DNA of 64,000 nt from Balanoglossus misakiensis (Eukaryota > Animalia > Hemichordata): assembly GCA_040954595.2 (NCBI GenBank), contig CM082598.2:2356001-2420000 (forward strand). Direction: 5' to 3'. Within the stretch, counting starts at the first letter, position 1; each line of letters begins with the position of its first letter. A model generated the notes under the pieces. That model was given only the letters and a program-made list of their open reading frames with translations, was not told the origin of the DNA and did no database searches. Shown here in pieces: positions 25,053 to 37,600 of the stretch. The position numbers and the translations under genes are program-made.

Positions 25053-28000
25053 ATGGCGGATCCAACGAAGACGGACATTCAGACGATTTTTAAACGCCTT
25101 CGTGGAATTCAGACCAACAAGGTATGTAAAATCGCGAATTGTTAGAAAACTGGAAACCAACTGAGTTTTTCAGGGTTAAAATATGATGCTCTTTCATCAG
25201 TAATTCCTGTACGAGATTAATAACAATCTGGTATGTCGTCTATCGGTATCGAGAGCGATTTCATGTCATCATCACAGCCTTATCTAAGGGGCCAAAGTCA
25301 ATTTTTGTTGCATTTGTATTAGAAGAAACTTGACCACTGACAAAACTCGATCCACAATATTATAAGCTGTGATGTTTTACTCTGATACAATTCCACTGAG
25401 ATTTATTGACGGGCTCGACAATGTTGAAACATAGAACCATCCGTATGTCACATTTGTTACATTTCATATTTTAATACTTGCTACATTTTACAGCTGTTGC
25501 AATGAATGACTTGTCCATAGATCGTGGCGACACGTTTAACAAAACGCATATGACAGTCCTTGATGTTACATAAACTTTCAAACAGACAGTGAAGGAGTAT
25601 GAAACAAGACAGTTGACTTGATATATTTCTATTACGACATAAAAATTTGACCCAATATCAGCCTTTTCGATAATCCTCAAAAATATGCAAATCCTTTATG
25701 ATCTGTTTACTAATACCAACATACGTCAGAGATGTTTTTCCTGTTGACCGTTTTTTCTCAAAACGTCACTAGGAAGAAACTGTATTTGACAGAATATAGT
25801 AAAATGATTTCCTCAAATTACCTGAGTTTATGGGAAGTAAAATTTTCTCAGAAGTGTGTACCACTCCCGTTTGCAATTTGAAGTGGTTTATCAAGACGTT
25901 GAACAGAAGAAAACAAGGTATTGTCACTAATCATAAGCTTAACAGGAAAAAAACTCTGCATCTTGTTATGTTTCAGGTTTGCTTTGATTGCGGAGCCAAA
26001 AATCCAACATGGGCAACTGTAACCTATGGAGTATTTTTGTGTATTGACTGTTCAGCTGCACATAGATCTCTTGGTGTGCATGTCTCCTTTATAAGGTAAG
26101 TACAATGTACATCAATCAGATCCATGCTTTGGCTGCAGTATTTCTTGTTTCTTGACATCTTATAAGATTGTTGTGAAAAATTGTATTTTTATGTTACAGA
26201 TCAACACAGTTAGATACCAGTTGGACATGGCCTCAGTTGCGCGCTATGCAAGTAGGAGGCAACGCTAATGCTGTAAGTATTAGTACTGAACTGAGATATT
26301 TTTGCAGAAATTCCACTGATTTTACTTTCTATTCATGTAGAGAGTGTAACACTAGCCAATAAGGTCAAATACAGTAAATTAATCTTCTATTCTGTTGAAG
26401 TGTTGTTGTTGTAATAAAATACCATATGGGCCATTCAGTCTCCTAAAGAATGTATCACAAAGGCCACAGTAACTGACACAAAAAAATGCTTCATTGAAAC
26501 ACGATATTGCTAACTGGATGTACTGGCACCAGTGAGTTGACAGTTGTCTCTCCCTCTCTCTCTGCAGATTGGATTTTTCCGTCAACACGGCTGTACAACA
26601 AACGACACCAATGCCAAATACGGAAGCAGGGCTGCCCAGATGTACAAGGAGAAGATCAAGAAGCTTGCCAATGACGCCATGAGGAAATACGGCACACAGG
26701 TGAGAATTTGCATCCTAACGAGAAATTAGCATTTTTTGCTTGTGATGTGAATACAGAGGTGTCCTGATTAGAGAGGTGTCCGTAATAACAGGTTTCACTT
26801 GATCTGTTTCTCCTACAGCTTCATCTGGATGGAGCGGGTCACATGTCTCCGGTTGCCAAGGAAGTGGATTTCTGGAAGGAGCACACGGAACCCGAGGGGG
26901 ACTCGCTGGGCGCCGCGGCCGACGCCCAAGATCCCCTCGATAATGGTACTAAATTAATGTCCAAACCCATAACAATAAAAAACGGGAATGGTAACGGGCT
27001 TACAAGCAGTGCAAATCTTACCCCAGAAAAGGAGAAAGGTTGGTATTATGGTGGCTTGGGAGAAGGGGGGCTTTCAAAATATTCACTAGTCTCCTCTTTT
27101 GCCCCTTACTTTTTATGGATCTGAAATGCCAAAAGAAATGCCTAGGATGTTTGGCACTCGAATCTGGATAATCTGCACACTTTGATCTTTGGGTAGGGAT
27201 GTATGTGACATACATCCATCTTGCCTAAAATCTAAGTGTCCATACAGAACCGTTTCTCTGTGTATTGGTAACTTGAATCCCCCAAAACTAAACAAACAAA
27301 CAAATAACAACAACATATGAACAATAACTAGTGAATTTTTTGGAAAGTCATGCCAGGTGGTAGAAACCCAAAGGTTGCAGTAGATAAATGTGCAAGCTAT
27401 ATGGTGACTATGGACGAAATAGGCATAGTAATTCTCTTGAGTTGATCAATATTGACGTTTGCCCAAACTGTTGTTAAGGATATTTAGTTACATTTTATAA
27501 GGCTATAGTATGAAACTGGGCCATTATGTTTCTATGGCTACAAGTATCAGCTGTGGCAGTGACGTAGTAGAATAAAATAGGTATAAACATTTCTATACAG
27601 TTGACAGAGAATAATTTACAGCTTCACAAAAGTTATTTTCTTATAGTTCAGAGATGTGTTTATGGGAACGTGTTGTGAAGGTAGGAGATAAAATTTCAGC
27701 ATGACATCATGAATGCGGAAAATATGAAAAAGTGGGAAAGAAATTCAGGAATGAAACGGCAGAGACTACAGAGATACAATAAGTGAAAAAATTGTTATAG
27801 ATATTAAGATGAAGAACATTGACAGATATGAACATAGGGTGGAGTGAATAAGACATTTGAAATAACCATGCAGAGCAGGTTAAATCATGGTTAGATACCG
27901 ATATTTGCAAAAGAGATGATTGATTTAAGTAGAAATGCAAAAGCAACCTCAAAAGTGGCTGATTTTGGTGGCATGGCTGAAAATAGTGTAGTGTGGCTAA

Positions 28001-31000
28001 ACTCTCTTGAATTCACATCAGCATGGTGAGATGTTTTTAAAATCACTGCATGTCTAGATGCATGTCTTCATAGTTAGTGGTACTACGATCATCGTGCACG
28101 TTTGCGATTCTAATCTTCATGCACTCTCCACACTCAAAAAGATTTCTTGGGCAATTCATGGTGTAACCCCCTGACACCAGTGTACTTTGGGCTGGTCCCA
28201 TCGTTTTCAGCGATGTGGTTGGACCAAAGTACTGACAAACAGGGGTGAAAGGCTGAACATGACAGGCATTAATCTAATAACTTCTGAGCCTGTAACTTTG
28301 TTAAATTCATGTAAATTACCTGAAGTCAAATACGAAACATCATCAAATTGTTTAAGTGCTTGTCTGCATGCCTGCATGCAATGCAGCAGTGGAATTTTAA
28401 GCATGTCTCTGTAGGGAGTTAGCATGTTGTCAGAGAGCATGTTTCAGAATGAAAAAATAAAATCCCATATAGCCATTTCTTTCATCTCTCATACTTGATC
28501 ATGATTTATCAATCTACTTGAAACGAGACATCGACCTACCGAAATCATAATGCTGAAACCTCCTAAATTTCACATAGACTATTCCAGCCTTCTATTCTAA
28601 GCAATGCGGTGATTCCAACACTGACTTTCAAAAGGGGTAGAAATATAACTGGATGTGACAATTTACAGGTGAAGATTCTGACCAAGGTGCTCCGAGTGTC
28701 GAAGCAGCGTTGAGTATATCCCCGACGGCTGCCATGGCAAAAGCTGAACCCAGGAAGTCAACAATCGGTGGAAGAAAGCCAGCTAGTGCAAAGAAAGGGG
28801 TGAGTTGTCTATCAGCTTCTGAAACTTGTGAGCTGTGACAAGAGTTGACCTCGGACTCTATGATTCACTGTTTGTTGTTCATCATTTGTTTTCTCCTAGT
28901 CAGCTGTCTGATTGTTGGTCGTTTCTTTTCTCCTCTCAGCTGGGCGCCAAGAAAGGAGTGAAGGCGCAGAAGGTGAAAATAGACTTTGATGCAATCGAGT
29001 CGCAGGCACAGAAGGAAGATCAAAAGAAAGAAGAAGCCGCAAAACCCAGAACAAAGGAAGAAGCTGAGGCTGAAATGTGAGTGGGAAATCAAAAATTACA
29101 GAAGTATTTCCACAATTTTACAGTTAATCAAAAATTCTTATGGTAACCTGCCACAGTATTCAAGCAAGAGCAACAGTGGGAACAGATTTTAAGTTTTCCA
29201 ACAATACAGAAATCGCACTATCAGAGATTCTGACATTTCATAAAGATGGCCTGCTTGGTCATACAGATATCTCACCTTGCCAAGATATTGGGAATTTTTG
29301 TAAAGAAAGCCTTACTCTGATTGGTTAATTAATTGATTGATTGATTGATTACAGGACTTCCATGAGACTAGCATACCAAGGCATCAGTGTGCAACAAAAG
29401 AAAGAAGAGGAAAAAATGAAAAGCAAGGATCCGAAGAAAGCTCAGCAGATGGAGAGGTTAGGAATGGGCTTTGGAGGAAGAAGGTAAGATCCATCTCTGT
29501 AGTTTTTCATCCTTCAAAATGCATATGTATGAATTTTGCATTAAATCTGTAAACATCCATTTTTTTGCAGTGCAATTTCCCACTCTGCACTCAGTGACAT
29601 GTCAACAATCGAACAAGAAAACCCCAACAGCAGATCGGAACGACGGGCATACGATAAACGCAATGATATCTTGGAAGACTACGACATTGGCTTTACACGG
29701 GGACCCCCCAGGTGAGTGACTCTTTATACTCTTCCAGAAACTGGCCAATCAAAGCATGCAAAGCTACAGTGTCTCGAGCTCTCTTTTATGTGTGACAGGC
29801 AGAGCAAATCTTGCCAAAATGTCTTCCTTTATGACTTCTGCTATAGGAGCACACTTTTTTAACCACCCGTATATGAAAATGTCTTGTAGGTATACAGACA
29901 CACCATTTGACAGGTCTGATCCTAAAGATGACTGGGAACATATAGAAAGTGGACCATCTAGAGTGTATGATATATTAGAAGAAGCTGATAAAGAAAAGGA
30001 TAGGTAAGATTTCGAACTGGGAGAAGATGTTACAGGAAACTGGTATCTCGCACAGTGCCTTTCGAGACGGACAGGCAAACAAAGAGATTTAGATGTATTT
30101 GATGATACATGCCTTTTCCTGGAAGTGTTGAGAATGAATAGAGGTATGATTCACACAAAATATCATGAAACTTCTATAACTTCCAATGTGGCTTATAATT
30201 GTCATCTGGCATTTTCAGATCCAGAGCCAAAAAAGAATATGAACCCCCATCGTCATCAACAGAAGCACAGAAGAAATTTGGGTCGGCTAAATCTATATCA
30301 TCAGATCAGTACTTTGGAGGGCAATCTTCAGTGAGTATATTAACACCCTTTTCACCCCCAGTTCCCGATATAGAGGTCCAACTTTACCACAGAAAATAAT
30401 GGAATTGGACCATTCTATTGTGATGAAACGGTTAGTGTTGGTGCTTTCGGTCTACTGCAAGTTTCTCAATCGTTCTACTGATGTTTCTTTTCGCAGTACG
30501 AAACCCGCGCAAATCTTTCCCGCTTCGAAGGCAGCAGTAGTATCTCCAGCTCTGACTACTTCGGCGAGAAAAAGTCCGGCTCCTCGTCCAGTTACTCCAG
30601 CACAAGTTCCAACTTGAGCGACATCAAAGAAGGCATGAAGGACGGTGTCGTGCAAGTCGCCGGCAAGCTGTCCAGGCTAGCCAATGGCGTGATGACATCA
30701 ATCCAGGTAACTATAATATCTTAGTGGTGTTGTCGGCCATCTTTGATATGCAGTCAGAAGTCAGACCCATTTGCATCATGGGATGGATTTGAATTGTTAT
30801 GTCAATAACTGTATTAGATAATATCAGGGGATAACTCTGCAATAATGCATTTGTCTCAGACTAGATGTTGCATGGGTAAATACTATCTAGGTATAATTGC
30901 ATGAAAATCCTTTGAAAGACGGTCTTAACATGCATGAAGGGGTGTGGTCCATGGTTGAAGATTATGTGTTTAGGGTAGTTGTGTTTAACAGCCAATCAAA

Positions 31001-31347
31001 TTCAGTGTTACATGATGCACATATATGGTTTAAAGGACTTTTTTGCATGGCCACCCAGTGAAAAACTTTGATTGGCTAGATCTTCGCTTTCCATGGTAAT
31101 TGTGGCTAAATGTGTATAGGTGACTATGACATTTTGTTGAAATTCATGCAAGATGTCTTAATATTATTTTGACAGTTGAAGGTTACCATTCATCAAATCA
31201 CACTTTCATGTACATCCGTGCATGCCTCTAAGATTTCAACTTTGACCTGATAGTTTCCTTTCTGACCAATGTCAGCCCCCCATTATGACTCTGAGAGTAA
31301 TCATCTTATGTTCATTTTGATTTCTTTAGGATCGCTATGGTAGCTGA
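25053..31347 (+). CDS. ARFGAP2: ADP-ribosylation factor GTPase-activating protein 2/3 (Glo3 family)
   Basis: About 13 exons from [17 protein letters not shown]. Zinc finger [11 protein letters not shown]...[46 protein letters not shown], Glo3 motifs [11 protein letters not shown] and [10 protein letters not shown], end ANGVMTSIQ|DRYGS* (last exon 31330-31347). Confidence 0.96.
30340..30435. mobile_element. Diverged copy of the TTAA MITE in an ARFGAP intron
   Basis: ttaac..ccttttcacccc..agaggtccaa..ccacagaaaa..gtgatgaaacggtta; further diverged copies at ~32309-32400, ~41308-41390 and ~52670-52700. Confidence 0.6.
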
Positions 31348-33727
31348 GAGCATAGTTGTGTAGTTTGTGTTAAGTGAAGAAAATACTAAGTAATTATTTC
31401 TATTGATCCTGTTGTGGTGGGCATGGCAGTATAGATTAGAGTGTAGTTTTTACATGTATGGTCCCTTGCACATCCTGCTTGAAGCAGTTGTAGTTGAGTC
31501 GTGCACTGATAGGGTAGTAGTTGTCAGGTGATCATTATGTAAATCAATCACATGATCACTTTCAACCAATTAGCTTAGAGAAATATTATGGCATGTTCGT
31601 TCTCACTATAGAGTAGACTTTGAAGGTTTGAAAATAACAGTAATGGTACCAGAGTAGTACTAATTCTAGGATATAACAGGTAGTAAGTATATGTTTTAAC
31701 ATGTCTTGTTGCCATGGCTTTAGTTGCCCTGGTGACGCATTATATGTGTATATTCACCAACTGTTTCCACAAGTGATGAGACAATCTGTGGCCGCATTGT
31801 ACAATCTATTGTGTCTTGCTTTCTCATAGTGGAAAAGATTACAACATTCATAATGCGAATTTGCTTGTCCTCAAGCTACTGTATTCATTGACAAAATTTA
31901 TTTATGTAAACTTTACTGATTTCAGGACTATGGTGGAACATAATATGCGGACACTTGAAGCTTTATGTATGAAGACTGCCCTATCGACGAATCATGGAAG
32001 ATACATTTGTTTTTGTTTTTCCTCTGTATTTTAAGAAATTTGGGTGGGGTTCATTACCACAACCAGAGAGTAAACCAACTCAAGATTTTCTGTCTTTGAA
32101 GAAATGTGTCGGTATATTTTGAAAACAAATAGTACACAAAGGTTCCTTCTACAATGAACATCTTCCATAGAGTCACAGAATTGTTCAAATGTTGGATATT
32201 GTACAGGGATAAGAATTTCAAAATGGTGCATTATTATTTGTTATTAAACTGAGGAGGTTGATAATTGGAAACATATGTGTTGGTAGCGAATTTATCTTTT
32301 GGGGGAATTTAAACCTTTCACTCCTATTTACCTGTACATTGGTTTATTCCGACTTCTGCAACAATAGGGTCGAACCAAGTTTGGTGGTTTAAGGGGTGAA
32401 TTGTTGTACATGAAAACTCCAGGTGAACTGTGGACAAAACAAATGTAGTATTTGTCAAGATATCTTGCTAGAATAGAAAAATTTTAATTTTAGAGAAATC
32501 TACTTCCTTTTAATTTTCTTTTATTTTTTTTCCTTGTTGGAGAATTGTCCATTGTGTATATTTGTAAACTGTGTATTCATTGGTCATTATTGTGACTTCA
32601 TTTCCAGGCCAACCAATTACAAAGTTTCTTAGGAACCATAGTTTGCTTCTCAATCCGGTTAAGGAACAACATTCATAACTAGTCTAATGGGCATACAACA
32701 TAAACATCAGAATTTGGGTAAAAACAAAGTTTCAAGTATTATTTTATAAAAAAAATAAATACACAAAAACCAAGATATCTCTAGAGTGGATTTTATGGAG
32801 ATTTACAATAATATATAATTATCATTATGACAGAACATTATTTACTTATTTCAAACATTTTGCTGATTTTCCCCTATTTCAAAAAAATGGTCAAGCCTTA
32901 TTAGATATGATACTCGGACCATTCCATTGATGAGGGAAACTGGGGGAGGAATTTACTGTGGAAACCTCGCATGACGGACAACTTTTATTGTACATGCATG
33001 ATATTTAAAGTTGCATACGATTCCAGTTTTGGTTGGTGAAAATGTACGTTAGTAATCCATTGTCTCTGTTTTACCTCTATGATTGTCCCCCTGAAACCAA
33101 CTTGAAACTCAACAACAGCATATAAACCTGAATTTAAGACTGATGAATTGTACAGGATATTTGTTTATTGTAATTTGCAATATTGGAAATGTAATAATGA
33201 AAGATGGATCATTAAATGAACTTTAGAGAAAGTCATGTAGCGTGTCACAGAAATGATTTTCTGTTTGATTTGGAAAATTCATTTCAAACTGAAGTAAATA
33301 AAGTATCTGAAAATAAAGTTGTGTGCTTAGTATTATTTTGTGTGGTACTTTATGAACTGAAAGCTGTTGGAATGTTATGCACAGTCTGCCAGAAAGCTTT
33401 TGCTAGATTGCATATGTTTGCTATTTATCACCAGTTGTTATACGAGCGCCTGTACTAGTAGTGTATGGCACACCGCGGTGTTAGCTTGGACTCAAAAGAG
33501 GATTCAGAATGCCCTACTTATTATGCAAAAACGAACCAATGAGGAGTTGCGAATTCGTCTAATTATTATGCAAGAATGGACCAATCAGAAGTAGGTAATT
33601 TGTTAGTCAAATCGAGGCGGGAAATATTTAAATTTTTACAATGTTTGTTATTGCGTTCGCTTTGCCTGCATATATACCGTGTTGCGGCGAAAGTTCAGTA
33701 TCTGCTTGTACATTCTTCAGCAACTGA

Positions 33728-34048
<321 letters not shown>

Positions 34049-34072
34049 ATCGTCAACAAATCCAAACCAAAC

Positions 34073-34115
34073 GGCCCTTTTCAGGGCCACCACATCCTCA
34101 TAAAGAGAACTACCG
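34073..34115 (+). terminator. Histone 3' stem-loop and downstream element (H4)
   Basis: GGCCCTTTTCAGGGCC-ACCACA followed by purine-rich AAAGAGAACTACCG. Confidence 0.95.
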
Positions 34116-35122
34116 AAAGAAATCTAAGCACACAACACATGATCATACACGTTCCACAATGTCCGTGCAGACGGGCTACTTGAAAAATGCTTTGGTTATC
34201 CAAACCGGGTCAAGGGGAATAAAATTTATATCCGATTGTAAAAGCGATCGCTTAGTTTAGTCACGATCGTACAGGATCTGTCTTGACCTGTCCATCCAAG
34301 AAGCAGCGAAGCCCTACAAAATGGTGGCCAAACAATCATGTCTGGTAACCATGGTAATGTCGCACTGACATTGAGACAATAGCTCCTACCCATATCGTAC
34401 AAATGAGTTGACGTGATTTAATATAAATAGTAATATTTAACAGAAAAAGACATCAAAATAGTTTATATTGTACATTTCAAAGAATGAACATGACAAATTT
34501 TACCGTCGATGACGCAAGGTCTCATGGGAAATCGCGGAGCGGAAGTGTGGAAAATAACTAGCAGACGACGCTATGCTTGAATACATATAGAGAAATCGTC
34601 AAAATACGAAGGGGAAAATGGTTCTTAACTGAAACGACACCAAATACTCGTTGATACTCTCACTGGTGAGTACCCCTATGTATATTTTTAGACTGAAATA
34701 TTGTAAATAGGAAAGATATTGTAGTTTTTCGTGTGCTTTAGCGGCGAGCTATGGGGTCCGCAATGTTTACACTGGCCGGATCCCCTTGCGGGATAGCTGA
34801 AAATCTGTTTGTTTTGTGTTTACGGATATATTTCGGTGAAATATACTTCAAGACATTTTGTCGGAAGCGTCATGATTTCTGGGACGGACAGGTTTAAGTA
34901 TAATGAGAAAAATCACGACGTCAACGAAAATGCGAGCCGACGTCGCACAGCGAGACTACGGGCTGCACGTACGCCCTCGGCCGGGCGCAGCTCACTTGGC
35001 TGCCGAGGACCTGTACGTTCGCGTCGCGTTGTCTCATAACTATTTTGAACATGTTGCTTGGGCATTACAATGTATGTACAAACAGTACATGTTTGTGGTA
35101 TGCATGTGTGTATCATTTTTGA

Positions 35123-35166
35123 CGGTAGTTCTCTTTTTTGAGGATGTGGTGGCCCTGAAAAGGGCC
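35123..35166 (-). terminator. Histone 3' stem-loop and downstream element (H2A)
   Basis: Minus strand GGCCCTTTTCAGGGCC (35166-35151) followed by ACCACATCCTCAAAAAAGAGAACTACCG. Confidence 0.95.
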
Positions 35167-35195
35167 GTTTGGTATGTGTATGCCGGGCATACAAT

Positions 35196-35948
<753 letters not shown>

Positions 35949-36317
35949 ATGCCTCCAAAAGCCAGTGGTAAAGCCGCCAAGAAAGCCGGTAAGGCCAAAG
36001 CCGCACGCTCCGGCGACAAGAAGAGGAAGAGGCGAAGGAAGGAAAGCTATGGTATCTACATCTACAAGGTCCTGAAACAGGTCCACCCCGATACTGGTGT
36101 CTCCTCCAAAGCCATGTCCATCATGAACAGCTTTGTCAACGACATCTTCGAGCGTATCGCCGCTGAAGCCTCCCGATTGGCCCACTACAACAAGCGTTCC
36201 ACCATCACCAGCAGAGAGATCCAGACCGCTGTCCGTCTCTTGCTGCCCGGTGAACTGGCCAAGCACGCCGTCAGTGAAGGCACCAAAGCCGTCACCAAAT
36301 ACACCAGCTCCAAGTAA
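35949..36317 (+). CDS. H2B: Histone H2B (canonical)
   Basis: [21 protein letters not shown]...AVTKYTSSK, intronless. Confidence 0.99.
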   Translation: MPPKASGKAAKKAGKAKAARSGDKKRKRRRKESYGIYIYKVLKQVHPDTGVSSKAMSIMNSFVNDIFERIAAEASRLAHYNKRSTITSREIQTAVRLLLPGELAKHAVSEGTKAVTKYTSSK

Positions 36318-36346
36318 ATTGTATGCCCAGCATACACATACCAAAC

Positions 36347-36390
36347 GGCCCTTTTCAGGGCCACCACATCCTCAAAAAAGAGAACTACCG
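36347..36390 (+). terminator. Histone 3' stem-loop and downstream element (H2B)
   Basis: GGCCCTTTTCAGGGCC at 36347-36362 followed by ACCACATCCTCAAAAAAGAGAACTACCG. Confidence 0.95.
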
Positions 36391-37600
36391 CTGAACTCAA
36401 AAGCTAAACACACATACATACTAGTGCATACATTCACAGGAACTGTACTACTACTAGGTAATTTGAGCAAAAATACCTATCCATATTTTAAAGTTCACAG
36501 GTCAAATATACTGTCCATACTCGGCCAGTTGCAAAGACAAACAGTCACACGAAGATACAGACAGCACAGACAAACTATGGATGCTCTGAGTTCGCTTACC
36601 TGAACACAAAACTCCGTGGAAAACCACCAACAGAAGACCCATCGTCTTATGAGGCTGTCCTCTCCATCAAATACCAGTAATGGACTCGCAATCGCAATAA
36701 AAATTGAGAATTTCAGGATCGGTAAAAGTTGATGAAAAAATCCAAACGCGTGTGTGATAATTTATTCACCAGAATAAGGGAGCTAATTTATTCCATTCAG
36801 AACTGTACTCACAGGTGCGCTTGTTAGTAGGTGATTAACCAAGTTATAATTATGCTAATGAGTACAAGCAGTGATCATGCAATGGTCTCGGAAGGTAGTT
36901 CTTCATTTAGGAAAATTATTCCCACTTTATCTCTCATAGGATGATGTACGTAACATGTATACTATTAATAAAGGAATACATGTACACATTTTCCAGTATA
37001 TGAGCACACAAATGCAGTTACTCAAATACCGCCCTCTATGTTAGCTTTTCTTTTTCCTTCGTTTAGTACACCATCACACCTGGTGGCTTTGCATGCATTC
37101 TTCGTCAACTTAGGCTAGTTCATACAAACAAAAACAACAACAACAAAACTCACAAGAAGTTCTCCTAAATGACTTCACATGTATTTAAAAAAATCCACAA
37201 ACCTGAATGAAATCTGAGTGCAACATGGTCAGTACTTTTCAGTGAATGGAACTTAACAATATATGTTTTATGAGAATTAAATAGCAATGAATATATATAA
37301 AAAACTTTTATCCTAACTACAGTATGGGAAATAACTTTTACAGAAAACAACTTCAGAGCTGGTTTTGATTATCTCAGAAATGTCTAATCTAACTGTACAT
37401 ATTTGGGATGCTTTGTTTTCCAATAAGCAGTTCCATGCACAGAAAAAGTCTTTTGTGTATATCTACAGAAATGCCTGTGTCACAAAATATGGGCCTTATA
37501 AGTCTCATGCCACACTACAAGTCTCACTACCATTTACAACTAAGTCCCTGTCAAGTGACAATTTTTGTATCAGTCCAGCCACAATGAGACAAACTTTCTG

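Noticed and set aside
27640-27960. Purine-rich exon-like stretch in the long ARFGAP intron
   Set aside because: Stops in all frames soon after the candidate acceptor; cannot be supported as coding.
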